Source of the DNA: Treponema sp.
Lineage (GTDB): Bacteria; Spirochaetota; Spirochaetia; Treponematales; Breznakiellaceae
Direction of reading: 5' to 3'
NCBI GenBank assembly: GCA_031278815.1
Contig: JAITJS010000031.1
Location: forward strand, 1,796-65,795
DNA: 64,000 nt
The position numbers and the translations under genes are program-made. Below are positions 19,134-27,641 of this stretch, piece by piece; position 1 is the stretch's first letter, and each line of letters starts with the position of its first letter. The notes under the pieces were generated by a model. It ran no database searches, was not told the DNA's origin, and saw nothing but the letters and a program-made list of their open reading frames with translations.

Positions 19134-19500
19134 ATGAGACATAAACGGTTGCTTTCGAAAATACTCGGCATACTGATACCGGCGGCGACGGTCGCTGGCC
19201 GGAACAATACGGACCGATGGAAATGTAGCGGTTACGTTTAACGAACGTTGGATTTTTCGATCAAAATGAGGGAGTACCGTTTGTGGAATGATTCTTATCA
19301 AGGAGACGGTACGAAACCCTGCGATGGCAAAGTATCCGCCTACTGGTAGCGATAACGCGAGTATTTTTAGTGCAACAGACTCCGGGTATAGTTCCGGACG
19401 AACATTTACCGTAACAAAAAGCGGTTATGTTAAAGGTTGAACCGTACGGCGGGAGCAGCGGTACCTATGTGATTGGTTTCTATATAAACGCCGACTCTAA
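19134..19500 (+). pseudogene. Frame-disrupted remnant of a secreted or lipoprotein gene
   Basis: MRHKRLLSKILGILIPAATVAG signal-like start, then coding-looking segments in three different frames (e.g. SATDSGYSSGRTFTVTKSGYVKG, VIGFYINADSKLSAALFLGGAAFF) separated by stops. Followed by an intrinsic terminator. Confidence 0.3.
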
Positions 19501-19507
19501 GCTGTCT

Positions 19508-19540
19508 GCGGCGCTCTTTCTGGGGGGCGCTGCTTTTTTT
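19508..19540 (+). terminator. Rho-independent terminator
   Basis: GCGGCGC/GCGCTGC stem (one G-U pair, extendable by three more pairs), followed by T7. Confidence 0.6.
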
Positions 19541-19865
19541 ATCCGGCAAAGGTTTGGATGATGCCGTCTATTTCTGCAGCGTTATATGAAACGGCGCTGC
19601 GCCATTCGCCGTATGCTTTGAGGGAATTCAACGTGCTTCATTATATTACAGTGAATTAGCTCTTCTTGGATTAATACCAGAATGCTTCCATTCATACTTT
19701 GTGGATCACTACCGAAAATTGATACTGGTACATCAACTGGCAGCGGGAAACCCTTGCCTATCCCTAGGTTTATGCAGCCCGCATCGTCATCGCTCTGACC
19801 TTCTCACGTTTAAGTAACCTCCAGTTCAAAATACGTAACACCTATCCTCACCATTCAAGTTCGAT

Positions 19866-22244
19866 TCAAAAACCGTAGAGTTCAGGGTACACCGTAAAGT
19901 AGGATTCAGGGCTTTGCGGGTCTTTGAGTCCCTTTGCCCATACTGCACAGCGTCGTAAACCCCAAAAATTCCCTTCCCTGCGTACGCGGTATTTTTGCTC
20001 ATCTCCGGCCTTTACAAAATCCTTCTCCCCCTTTGGGTTCTCATAGGTGTACCCCCACAGCAAAGACGCCAAAGAGCGCTTCTTTACTCCCCAAGGAATG
20101 AGGATATGGACGACCTCCCCCAGGGTCAGCCCTTCGGGAAGCTGGGGAACGAGGGCTTGTGTGAAGGCTTGGGCACTGAAAAAAAACCGGGTATCAATGG
20201 CGGCGATTTCAGCCTCCGCACTGATACCGACCGATAGGGGAGCGGCAATTTCCAGTTTCGGCTGGGGATTAAAACCCTGGGAATAGCAGACCGGGATACC
20301 GGCACGGGTCATAGCCATCGCAAAAACCTCCACCAGGGCCAAATGGGGGTGAAAAATCGCGCTCCCCTGCTTGGTAAAGGAAAAGAGTATCCGCCAGGTG
20401 GGGCCAGCCTGGATCTTTGCAGGCGCTTTTGAATGAGGTATCCTATCATCATGGATAGTATTTTTGATAATGGCCGTGTCCTTATCGCATATTCCACAGG
20501 GATTGGTGCATTTTTCTATACATGGCGGGGTAGTTTTGCCTGTTTCTGACCGAAGCAATTCCTTTTTAAGATGGCTGGATGTCATTCCAATCTCAATACC
20601 GTGCCAAGGCACAGGTAGATCCGGACTTTTAGGATGCTGTATTTCCTGGATGAGGAGCGGGTGGGCTTCAAAAAGCCTTCGCCAAATATCCTGCCGTATA
20701 TGCTCATTCCAGGCATCAAGACGGCAGCCTCTTTTATAGGCTTCTTCAATGAGGTCCCCTACCCGTTCATCCCCCCGGCTTATAAGCCCTTCAAGGACCG
20801 AAATAAAGGGATCTTGCATTCCTACCTTATGGCCTTTTGGTTTAAGCCTGGATCGGATATAGTCCAGTTTGGTCCGGGCTGTGGCTTCGTCCATTTGAGC
20901 CACCCATTGATAGGGGGTATGGGGTTTAGGGACAAAGGTTCCTACGGTGATGGTGAAGTGCATCCCGGTACGGCGGGCAAGGTCCAGGATGAAATCGACA
21001 ATCCCTACTTCCTCAGACGCTTCAGGAAGCATCTGGTTTCCCAGGGGAAGGCCGATCATAAAATAAAACTTTGCCCCTTTCCAGCCCCGTTTCTTCGCTT
21101 CCTGGATAATCGCCGCCACCGTATCCCGGGAGACCTCCTTGTTTATCGAAAACTGCCAGGCATCCATCGGGGTTTCAACGGCAAAGGTCAGGCCGCTCTT
21201 GCGCACCGCCGCAATCTTTTCCAAAAGGGGCAGGGAAAAGGTGGATACCCTGAGAGAGGGAAGCTGGAAAGAGACCTGCGCAGGGCCATACGCGCTATGG
21301 AGGGCCTCCACCACTTGGTACAGATACTGATAATCCCCTGAAGAAAGGGAAGTGAGGCTTATTTCCCGGTATCCTCCTTGGGTAATCCATGCGGCAACCT
21401 CCGCATGAATGGCTTTGGCGCTTTTCTGGCGCATGGGCCGATACCAGTACCCGGCATGGCAAAACCTACAGCCGTGAGGACAGCCTCGCATGATTTCCAC
21501 GGCTCCGTGGTGCTGGACCACCTTCATATTGGGAACCGGAAAAATCGCGGCTGCGGCCCCCCGAAAGGAGAAGGCCCTATCCACTGCCCGCTTTGCCTTC
21601 CCCTTACCCCAGGTCCATACCGAAGGATGCGAGGCCAAGCGCTCAAGTAAGGCAGCCCTCCCGTATCCGGCCTTTTTTAAGGCATGGAGGGCTTGGACCA
21701 GGCTAAAAAAGCCTCCTTCTGCTTCTCCGATCCAGAAGGCATCAATGAAAGGGGCATAGGGAAGAGGATTGGAAACACAAGGCCCTCCCATGATCACAAG
21801 AGGATGGGTTTCGGTTCTCGCTGAGGCCCGCAGGGGGATTCCCCCAGCATCCAGCATGGTGAGAACCCCGGTGATCCCCAACTCATACCCCAAGGTAAAC
21901 AAGAGGAGGTCCAGATCGAAGAGGCTAATACCCGTATCAAGGCCGTAAAGGGGAATCCCCTGGCTACGCAGGAGATCCTCAAAGTCTGGGGCCGGTGCAA
22001 AGGCGCGGTCACAGGAAACCCCGGCAAGTTGATTCAGTCGCTTATAGAGTATCCTCATGGCCTGATTACTCATGCCTATCTCATAGAGGTCAGGAAACGC
22101 GATGAGGAGCCGCAGATCCGCCTCGCGTTTTGCCAGGCGGCCGTATTCACCTCCCACATAGCGGCCGGGCTTTTCTACCTGTAACAAGCCTTTTCCCAGA
22201 TCCTTCAGAGGATCGATATACCGTATTTGCTTCGTATGGTGCAT
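19866..22244 (-). CDS. Radical SAM protein of unknown function, B12-binding-like N-terminus fused to a DUF2344-like C-terminal domain
   Basis: CPHGCRFCHAGYW CxxxCxxC motif at about residue 270. The 792-aa architecture matches the TIGR03960 + TIGR03936 fusion as I recall it. Confidence 0.7.
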   Translation of the reverse strand: MHHTKQIRYIDPLKDLGKGLLQVEKPGRYVGGEYGRLAKREADLRLLIAFPDLYEIGMSNQAMRILYKRLNQLAGVSCDRAFAPAPDFEDLLRSQGIPLYGLDTGISLFDLDLLLFTLGYELGITGVLTMLDAGGIPLRASARTETHPLVIMGGPCVSNPLPYAPFIDAFWIGEAEGGFFSLVQALHALKKAGYGRAALLERLASHPSVWTWGKGKAKRAVDRAFSFRGAAAAIFPVPNMKVVQHHGAVEIMRGCPHGCRFCHAGYWYRPMRQKSAKAIHAEVAAWITQGGYREISLTSLSSGDYQYLYQVVEALHSAYGPAQVSFQLPSLRVSTFSLPLLEKIAAVRKSGLTFAVETPMDAWQFSINKEVSRDTVAAIIQEAKKRGWKGAKFYFMIGLPLGNQMLPEASEEVGIVDFILDLARRTGMHFTITVGTFVPKPHTPYQWVAQMDEATARTKLDYIRSRLKPKGHKVGMQDPFISVLEGLISRGDERVGDLIEEAYKRGCRLDAWNEHIRQDIWRRLFEAHPLLIQEIQHPKSPDLPVPWHGIEIGMTSSHLKKELLRSETGKTTPPCIEKCTNPCGICDKDTAIIKNTIHDDRIPHSKAPAKIQAGPTWRILFSFTKQGSAIFHPHLALVEVFAMAMTRAGIPVCYSQGFNPQPKLEIAAPLSVGISAEAEIAAIDTRFFFSAQAFTQALVPQLPEGLTLGEVVHILIPWGVKKRSLASLLWGYTYENPKGEKDFVKAGDEQKYRVRREGNFWGLRRCAVWAKGLKDPQSPESYFTVYPELYGF

Positions 22245-22436
22245 ATAATGCCTAGTATAAGGGGTTTAAGGGGATGGGTGTAAACCAGGGCCATCGGCCG
22301 TTCTTGGGGAACGGATCCAGAGCGTTGTATGATGGGGCTCGAGTTATACGTTTATAGGGGACCCTTGGCCCTCCAATCCCCGGTTGCTATTCTCCGGTTT
22401 CCTATGGCATACTCTTCCTAAAGGAGCATAATCCTC

Positions 22437-25400
22437 GTGTATACCAGTGTTGACCCCAAAGTACAGTTTCCCCGGTTGGAAGAAACGATCTTGGATTTTT
22501 GGGAAAAGCATCATATTTTCGAACAGTCCCTCAAGAGACGGGAGGGCGCGGAAGAATACGTGTTTTACGACGGCCCCCCCTTTGCCACCGGCCTTCCCCA
22601 CTTTGGCCATTTTGTGCCGAGCACCATCAAGGATATTATCCCCCGGTACATGACTATGAAAGGCAAGAAGGTGGAGCGCCGCTTTGGCTGGGATTGCCAC
22701 GGCCTACCGGTGGAAAACCTCATTGAAAAAGAGCTGGGTCTCAATTCCAAGAGCGACATTGAACGCTATGGAGTTGCGGCCTTTAACGAAGCGTGCAGGG
22801 CTGCGGTGCTCCGTTACGTCAAAGAATGGCGGGAGGTTATTACCCGCTTGGGCCGCTGGGTTGATTTTGATCACGACTACAAGACCATGGACCCTGATTA
22901 CATGGAGACCATCTGGTGGGTCATGCGTTCCCTCTGGGACAAGGGGCTCCTCTATGAAGGGCATTACATTTTGCCCTATTGTCCGCGCTGTGCTACAGTG
23001 CTTTCCAACCATGAACTTAACCTGGGAGGCTACCAGGATATCCATGATCCAGCTATCACGGTGCGTTTTAAGGTAACCAGTTCATTTGCAGGAACGGTTA
23101 CTTCGGAAAAGCAAACCTATCTTTTAGCCTGGACTACCACCCCCTGGACCTTGCCTTCCAATCTGGCCCTCACCTTGGGGCCGGATATCGACTATGTGCT
23201 GGTACAGGATGGGGAGGCCCAGTACATCCTCTCGGAAGCCAGGCTTTCGGCCTATTATAAGAACCCTGCAGACTATGAGGTGCAGTGGAGGAAAAAGGGC
23301 AAGGAACTTTTGGGGATTGAGTACGAGCCCCTCTTTCCTTATTTCAAGGACGCTCCCCAGGCTTTTAGAACCTATCCTGGGGATTTTGTGAGCATTACCG
23401 ACGGGACGGGTATTGTGCATACTGCGCCGGGTTTTGGCGAAGATGACCAGCGGGTCTTGAAGGGCACGGGGGTGCCGGTTATCTGTCCCGTGGATGCAGA
23501 GTGCCGTTTCACCTCAGAAGTAGGGGATTACCAGGGGCTCTTTGTCAAAGCCGCGGATAAGCCTATCATGGAGCGGCTCAAAGCCGAGGGGAAGCTGTTC
23601 CGGCGAGACCAGATTCTCCACGCCTATCCCCACTGTTGGCGTTGCGGGAGCCCGCTGATTTACCGCGCGGTGGGGTCCTGGTTTGTCAATGTAGCGCGGA
23701 TTAAACAGGATATGCTGGATGCCAACGCTCAGATCTACTGGGTCCCGGAGCATATCAAAACCGGGCGTTTCGGGAAATGGCTGGAGGGGGCCCGAGACTG
23801 GGCCATCAGTCGCAACCGGTATTGGGGCAATCCCCTGCCTATCTGGAAGTGCCCGGACTGTGGCAAGACCCTTTGTGTGGGGAGCCGGGAGGAGCTTAAA
23901 GCCCTTTCCGGACAGGACCCGGAAGATCTGCATAAGCACGTTGTGGATGCCATTACCATTCCCTGCACCTGCGGGGCTCTCATGCACCGGATTCCAGAAG
24001 TGCTGGACTGCTGGTTTGAGTCTGGAGCCATGCCCTACGGTCAGAACCATTATCCCTTTGAGCACCGCCTGTTCTTTGATAGCCATTTCCCCGCGGACTT
24101 CATCAATGAGGGACTGGATCAAACCAGGGGCTGGTTCTATACCCTGACGATCCTGGCTGCGGCGCTCTTCAAGAAACCGGCTTTCAAGAACTGCATTGTC
24201 AGCGGCCTCGTGCTGGCTAAGGACGGTAAAAAGATGAGCAAGCACTTACGGAACTACACCGACCCGATGGAGGTAGTGAACACCTTCGGGGCAGATGCCC
24301 TGCGGCTCTTTCTCATGCACTCAGGGGTCGTCAAGGCCGATGATCTCCGCTACAGCGACGAGGGAGTGCGAGAGGTGATGAAGAGCATTCTTATCCCCTT
24401 ATGGAACGCCTATAGCTTCTTCGTAACCTATGCGAATATTGATAAGGTAAGTCCTGAAGGGGCGCCGGAGAACCCTGCCAATCCCCTGGATAGATGGATT
24501 CTCTCGGCAGCGGAAAGCCTGGTGGAGAAGGTAGGCAGCGCCTTGGACGGATATGACCTATCCCGGGCAGTGGATCCCATTCTGGAGTTCATCGACCTGC
24601 TCAATAACTGGTACATCCGCCGCTCCCGGCGGCGTTTCTGGCGAGGTTTCAGTGAAGGCGCTGCTGACACAGACAAGGCCGAAGCCTACGCCGTACTCTA
24701 CGATGTGCTCAAGACCCTGATTACCGTGGCCGCGCCTTTTATGCCCTTTACCACTGAGGCGATTTGGAGGAACCTTCGCCTGGCTGAGGAGCCTGGGTCA
24801 GTGCATCTGACGGATTTTCCTCAGGTGCGGCGAGCGCGGCGGGATCAGCAGCTTGAATACAAGATGGCCGCGGTGCAGCATGCGGTTTCCATGGGCCGTT
24901 CCCTCCGTTCCCAGTATGCCATCAAGGTTCGCCAACCTCTGCGGCGGGTGGAACTGGTAACCCGCAACGGGGAGGAGAAGAAGGTGCTCTTGGAAATGGA
25001 GGATATTATCCGGGAAGAGCTTAATGTGAAAGAGGTGGTCTTCAGGGACAATGAGGAAGCGCTCGTGGTATACGAGGTCAAGGCAAACTTCCGTATCCTG
25101 GGTAAGACCCTGGGCAAAGATATGAAAGCTGCGGCTGCCCGCATTGCAGCGCTGAGTCAGAACGAAATCCAGGGGCTTTTAGAGGGGGCTACCCTTTCCT
25201 TAGAAATACCCGACGCGGTGGAGCTCCAGCACCGGATAGTGGAAATCACCGCAGATACGCTGGACATCCGGCGTATTGAGAAAGCCCACCTCAAGGTGGT
25301 AAACGAGGGAACTCTCACCGTAGCCTTGGACACGGAGATTTCCCCAGAGCTTGCCCAAGAAGGAGATGTGCGGGATCTCATCCGGGGGGTGCAGAACCTC

Positions 25401-25604
25401 CGAAAGGAAGCGGGTTTTGCGGTTACCGACCGCATACAGTTGCAGCTCTTTGGTTCTCCTCGCCTCCACGCTGCTTGGACCAGTTTTGCCGATTACGTGG
25501 CCGCAGAAACCCTGGCCCAGGAAGTACACTGGGCTGAAGGAGCGGCGATGCATAAGATAGAAGCTGGAGAAGAAATCTGGCAGGTACAGCTTGAAAAGGT
25601 ATAA
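22437..25604 (+). CDS. ileS: Isoleucine--tRNA ligase, type 2 (eukaryote-like)
   Basis: HIGH-type motif GLPHFGH, KMSKH (KMSKS loop), a CP1 editing-domain-sized insertion, and 1055 aa with no C-terminal zinc-finger tail. GTG start. Confidence 0.92.
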   Translation: MYTSVDPKVQFPRLEETILDFWEKHHIFEQSLKRREGAEEYVFYDGPPFATGLPHFGHFVPSTIKDIIPRYMTMKGKKVERRFGWDCHGLPVENLIEKELGLNSKSDIERYGVAAFNEACRAAVLRYVKEWREVITRLGRWVDFDHDYKTMDPDYMETIWWVMRSLWDKGLLYEGHYILPYCPRCATVLSNHELNLGGYQDIHDPAITVRFKVTSSFAGTVTSEKQTYLLAWTTTPWTLPSNLALTLGPDIDYVLVQDGEAQYILSEARLSAYYKNPADYEVQWRKKGKELLGIEYEPLFPYFKDAPQAFRTYPGDFVSITDGTGIVHTAPGFGEDDQRVLKGTGVPVICPVDAECRFTSEVGDYQGLFVKAADKPIMERLKAEGKLFRRDQILHAYPHCWRCGSPLIYRAVGSWFVNVARIKQDMLDANAQIYWVPEHIKTGRFGKWLEGARDWAISRNRYWGNPLPIWKCPDCGKTLCVGSREELKALSGQDPEDLHKHVVDAITIPCTCGALMHRIPEVLDCWFESGAMPYGQNHYPFEHRLFFDSHFPADFINEGLDQTRGWFYTLTILAAALFKKPAFKNCIVSGLVLAKDGKKMSKHLRNYTDPMEVVNTFGADALRLFLMHSGVVKADDLRYSDEGVREVMKSILIPLWNAYSFFVTYANIDKVSPEGAPENPANPLDRWILSAAESLVEKVGSALDGYDLSRAVDPILEFIDLLNNWYIRRSRRRFWRGFSEGAADTDKAEAYAVLYDVLKTLITVAAPFMPFTTEAIWRNLRLAEEPGSVHLTDFPQVRRARRDQQLEYKMAAVQHAVSMGRSLRSQYAIKVRQPLRRVELVTRNGEEKKVLLEMEDIIREELNVKEVVFRDNEEALVVYEVKANFRILGKTLGKDMKAAAARIAALSQNEIQGLLEGATLSLEIPDAVELQHRIVEITADTLDIRRIEKAHLKVVNEGTLTVALDTEISPELAQEGDVRDLIRGVQNLRKEAGFAVTDRIQLQLFGSPRLHAAWTSFADYVAAETLAQEVHWAEGAAMHKIEAGEEIWQVQLEKV

Positions 25605-26508
25605 GTGTGGATTATGGGTAAGGATGACCTTTTACGGGATAAGGGGGCTTGCGCTCCTGGGCATCATCATGATGTTGGCCTCCTGCGCGACCAGCCCCAA
25701 GACCCAGATTCTTTCGGAAGCAGGGCCCTTCGCCGGTTTCCCCCAGGGAGCCTTGGCGTACCTGTACGTTGATACGGTTAAGGCCCGACCCATCCTGGAT
25801 GCCATTTCCCTGGAGCGCATCCAGGAAAACAAGCGGGCTTTTGCAGCGGCTTTAGATAAAACCACCTCGGCAGTGGCGGCTTTGTATCCCAAAGGGGCTC
25901 CCCGGCATTTCCTGGTGGCAGCCCGGGGCCGCTACCCTCGTTTTCGGGCGTCCCTGTCCTTTGCCTTCAGCGCTGCATGGAAGAAACGCCGCTCTGAAAC
26001 CGGCGCTACCTACTGGCATTCCCCTCAACAGGGCATTTCGGTCTTGTTGCGTCCTGAACAAGCCTTTATTTCAGACGGTGATCCGATACTTGTGCCGGGG
26101 GCTTCTTTGCCTCAAGCCCCTGAAGCATTCGCCTCATTCTGTGAAAATGCAGTGCTGGCAGGCTGGCTTACCGAAGGCGCGATGCCCCTGAATCAGTTTT
26201 TATCTTCCCTAGAAATACCCCTCCAGATTCCTGCAGGGCAGGTATTGTTTCGCCTTCAGCAATCGGAAGCCTATTACCAAGGGATGATCCGGATTGAAAC
26301 TCCTTCGGTAAGTCAGGCCAAAGCCTTGGTAAGTCTTTTTTCCATGGCCCGGCTTTTTATGGCAAATCTGGATCCCCAAGAAGGGGCGGGGGTCTTCTTC
26401 ACCAATCCTCCGGTCCAGGATGGACCCTGGGTGAACCTCCGGACCGGCCCCTTGGATGCCCAGGGGGTATCTTTACTTTTTAGCATGTTCTCGTTATATT
26501 TTAATTAA
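25591..26508 (+). CDS. Hypothetical lipoprotein
   Basis: GLALLGIIMMLASCATS lipobox. The start is probably the internal Met at 25624. Overlaps or abuts the ileS stop. Confidence 0.55.
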   Translation: MKRYKCGLWVRMTFYGIRGLALLGIIMMLASCATSPKTQILSEAGPFAGFPQGALAYLYVDTVKARPILDAISLERIQENKRAFAAALDKTTSAVAALYPKGAPRHFLVAARGRYPRFRASLSFAFSAAWKKRRSETGATYWHSPQQGISVLLRPEQAFISDGDPILVPGASLPQAPEAFASFCENAVLAGWLTEGAMPLNQFLSSLEIPLQIPAGQVLFRLQQSEAYYQGMIRIETPSVSQAKALVSLFSMARLFMANLDPQEGAGVFFTNPPVQDGPWVNLRTGPLDAQGVSLLFSMFSLYFN

Positions 26509-26586
26509 TTTGAGGGTAACGGTACAGTCAATCTGGATTATCCGTATAAAATCCTATGATAAGATGGTAAAGATAGAGGAATAGTT

Positions 26587-26931
26587 ATGCCGACCTATGA
26601 ATACGAATGCAAAAGTTGTGGCCATACCTTTGATGCTTTCCAGCGCATGAGTGAGGCACCTCTTACGATATGTCCTCAATGCGGTCAAGCCCTGAGGCGG
26701 CTCATTAACGGCGGAAGTGGCATCATCTTTAAGGGTTCTGGTTTTTATGTAACCGATAAGCAGGGGGGAGGCGCCAGTACTGCGGGTTCGGTTAAACCTT
26801 CTCAAGGCGAAGGAACGCCGGATACCAAGACCCCGGCGGCGTCTTCGGAACATGGAGGAGAGAAGGCCAAAACAGATACCGGGAAACCTCGTAACAACGA
26901 GAGCAGTCTTGAGAAGAAAATTGCCGGTTAA
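26587..26931 (+). CDS. FmdB-family zinc-ribbon protein
   Basis: MPTYEYECKSCGHTFDAFQ...CPQCG is the canonical CxxC_CxxC_SSSS N-terminus. Low-complexity Gly/Ser/Lys tail. Confidence 0.8.
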   Translation: MPTYEYECKSCGHTFDAFQRMSEAPLTICPQCGQALRRLINGGSGIIFKGSGFYVTDKQGGGASTAGSVKPSQGEGTPDTKTPAASSEHGGEKAKTDTGKPRNNESSLEKKIAG

Positions 26932-26949
26932 GCCGGAAGTAAACTGCTC

Positions 26950-27330
26950 ATGAGATCCCCGGATCAACTCCCCAGATCCGAATTGGTTTCCTCAGGGAAG
27001 TTACGTTTTTTTTGCGATAATTGCGGTATTGAGGTGGCCCGGGAGGCGCAGACTTGTCCTCGATGCGGCAAGTCTTTTGGTTCGGTACGGTGTCCTGCCT
27101 GCGATTTCAGTGGGTCCTTGGATCACTTTAAGGATTGTTGTCCGGTTTGTGGTTATTCCGAAGAAGCATCGAAAAAAAAGGTGCCCCCCCCAAGGATACC
27201 TCTCCATATCCGGCAACATGAGCAGGTAACCGCGTCGTTACCGATATGGGTCTACCTCGTTACGGGTTTGGCCCTTATAGGAACACTGATAGTGGTATTT
27301 TTTACCATTAAAGGAGCCTGGATCTATTAA
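26950..27330 (+). CDS. Double zinc-ribbon protein with a C-terminal TM anchor
   Basis: Four CxxC pairs (CDNCG, CPRCG, CPACD, CPVCG), then the hydrophobic helix LPIWVYLVTGLALIGTLIVVFF. Confidence 0.55.
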   Translation: MRSPDQLPRSELVSSGKLRFFCDNCGIEVAREAQTCPRCGKSFGSVRCPACDFSGSLDHFKDCCPVCGYSEEASKKKVPPPRIPLHIRQHEQVTASLPIWVYLVTGLALIGTLIVVFFTIKGAWIY

Positions 27331-27473
27331 AAACCACGGGGAAAAGTGGGCTTCAGACCGCTTTTTCACTGAGACCAGACAGATACCGTAGGATATAATT
27401 TAAAAAAGCAGAGGGTCGTATTGTAAATTTACGAGTATTTCGTCTTAATTAAGAAAGGAGAAGCGAAAAAATA

Positions 27474-27611
27474 ATGTTTTCTTTTGATACGAGACGTAAA
27501 AAATTCCGATCCTGTTTATGGGATACTGCCTTAATGGTAAATAGCCCCCCCCCCCGATTTTTATATATTGCTATACTTGTTCTTAGGTACGTTATCTGTA
27601 TACACCTCTAA
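27474..27611 (+). CDS. Candidate 45-codon upstream ORF that contains the C11 tract
   Basis: ATG preceded by AAAGGAG at about 12 nt. Encodes MFSFDTRRKKFRSCLWDTALMVNSPPPRFLYIAILVLRYVICIHL and ends 30 nt before the MCP start. Below the ORF-track size cut-off, so I translated it by hand. Confidence 0.25.
   Translation: MFSFDTRRKKFRSCLWDTALMVNSPPPRFLYIAILVLRYVICIHL
27545..27555. repeat. Homopolymeric C11 tract (G11 on the minus strand)
   Basis: Counted directly: atag + 11 C + gattttt, 87 nt upstream of the MCP ATG. Confidence 0.95.
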
Positions 27612-27641
27612 AAAGTATAATTTGATTTTAGAGGGGATTGT

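Noticed and set aside
20634-21341. 235-aa plus-strand ORF inside the radical SAM gene
   Set aside because: Antisense to the ORF that carries the CxxxCxxC motif. No features of its own.
22245-22436. T-box or other leader upstream of ileS
   Set aside because: No T-box sequence (AGGGUGGNACCGCG-like) or terminator/antiterminator pair is visible, only a short GC hairpin without a U-run.
23514-24245. 243-aa minus-strand ORF inside ileS
   Set aside because: Antisense to an unambiguous aminoacyl-tRNA synthetase gene.
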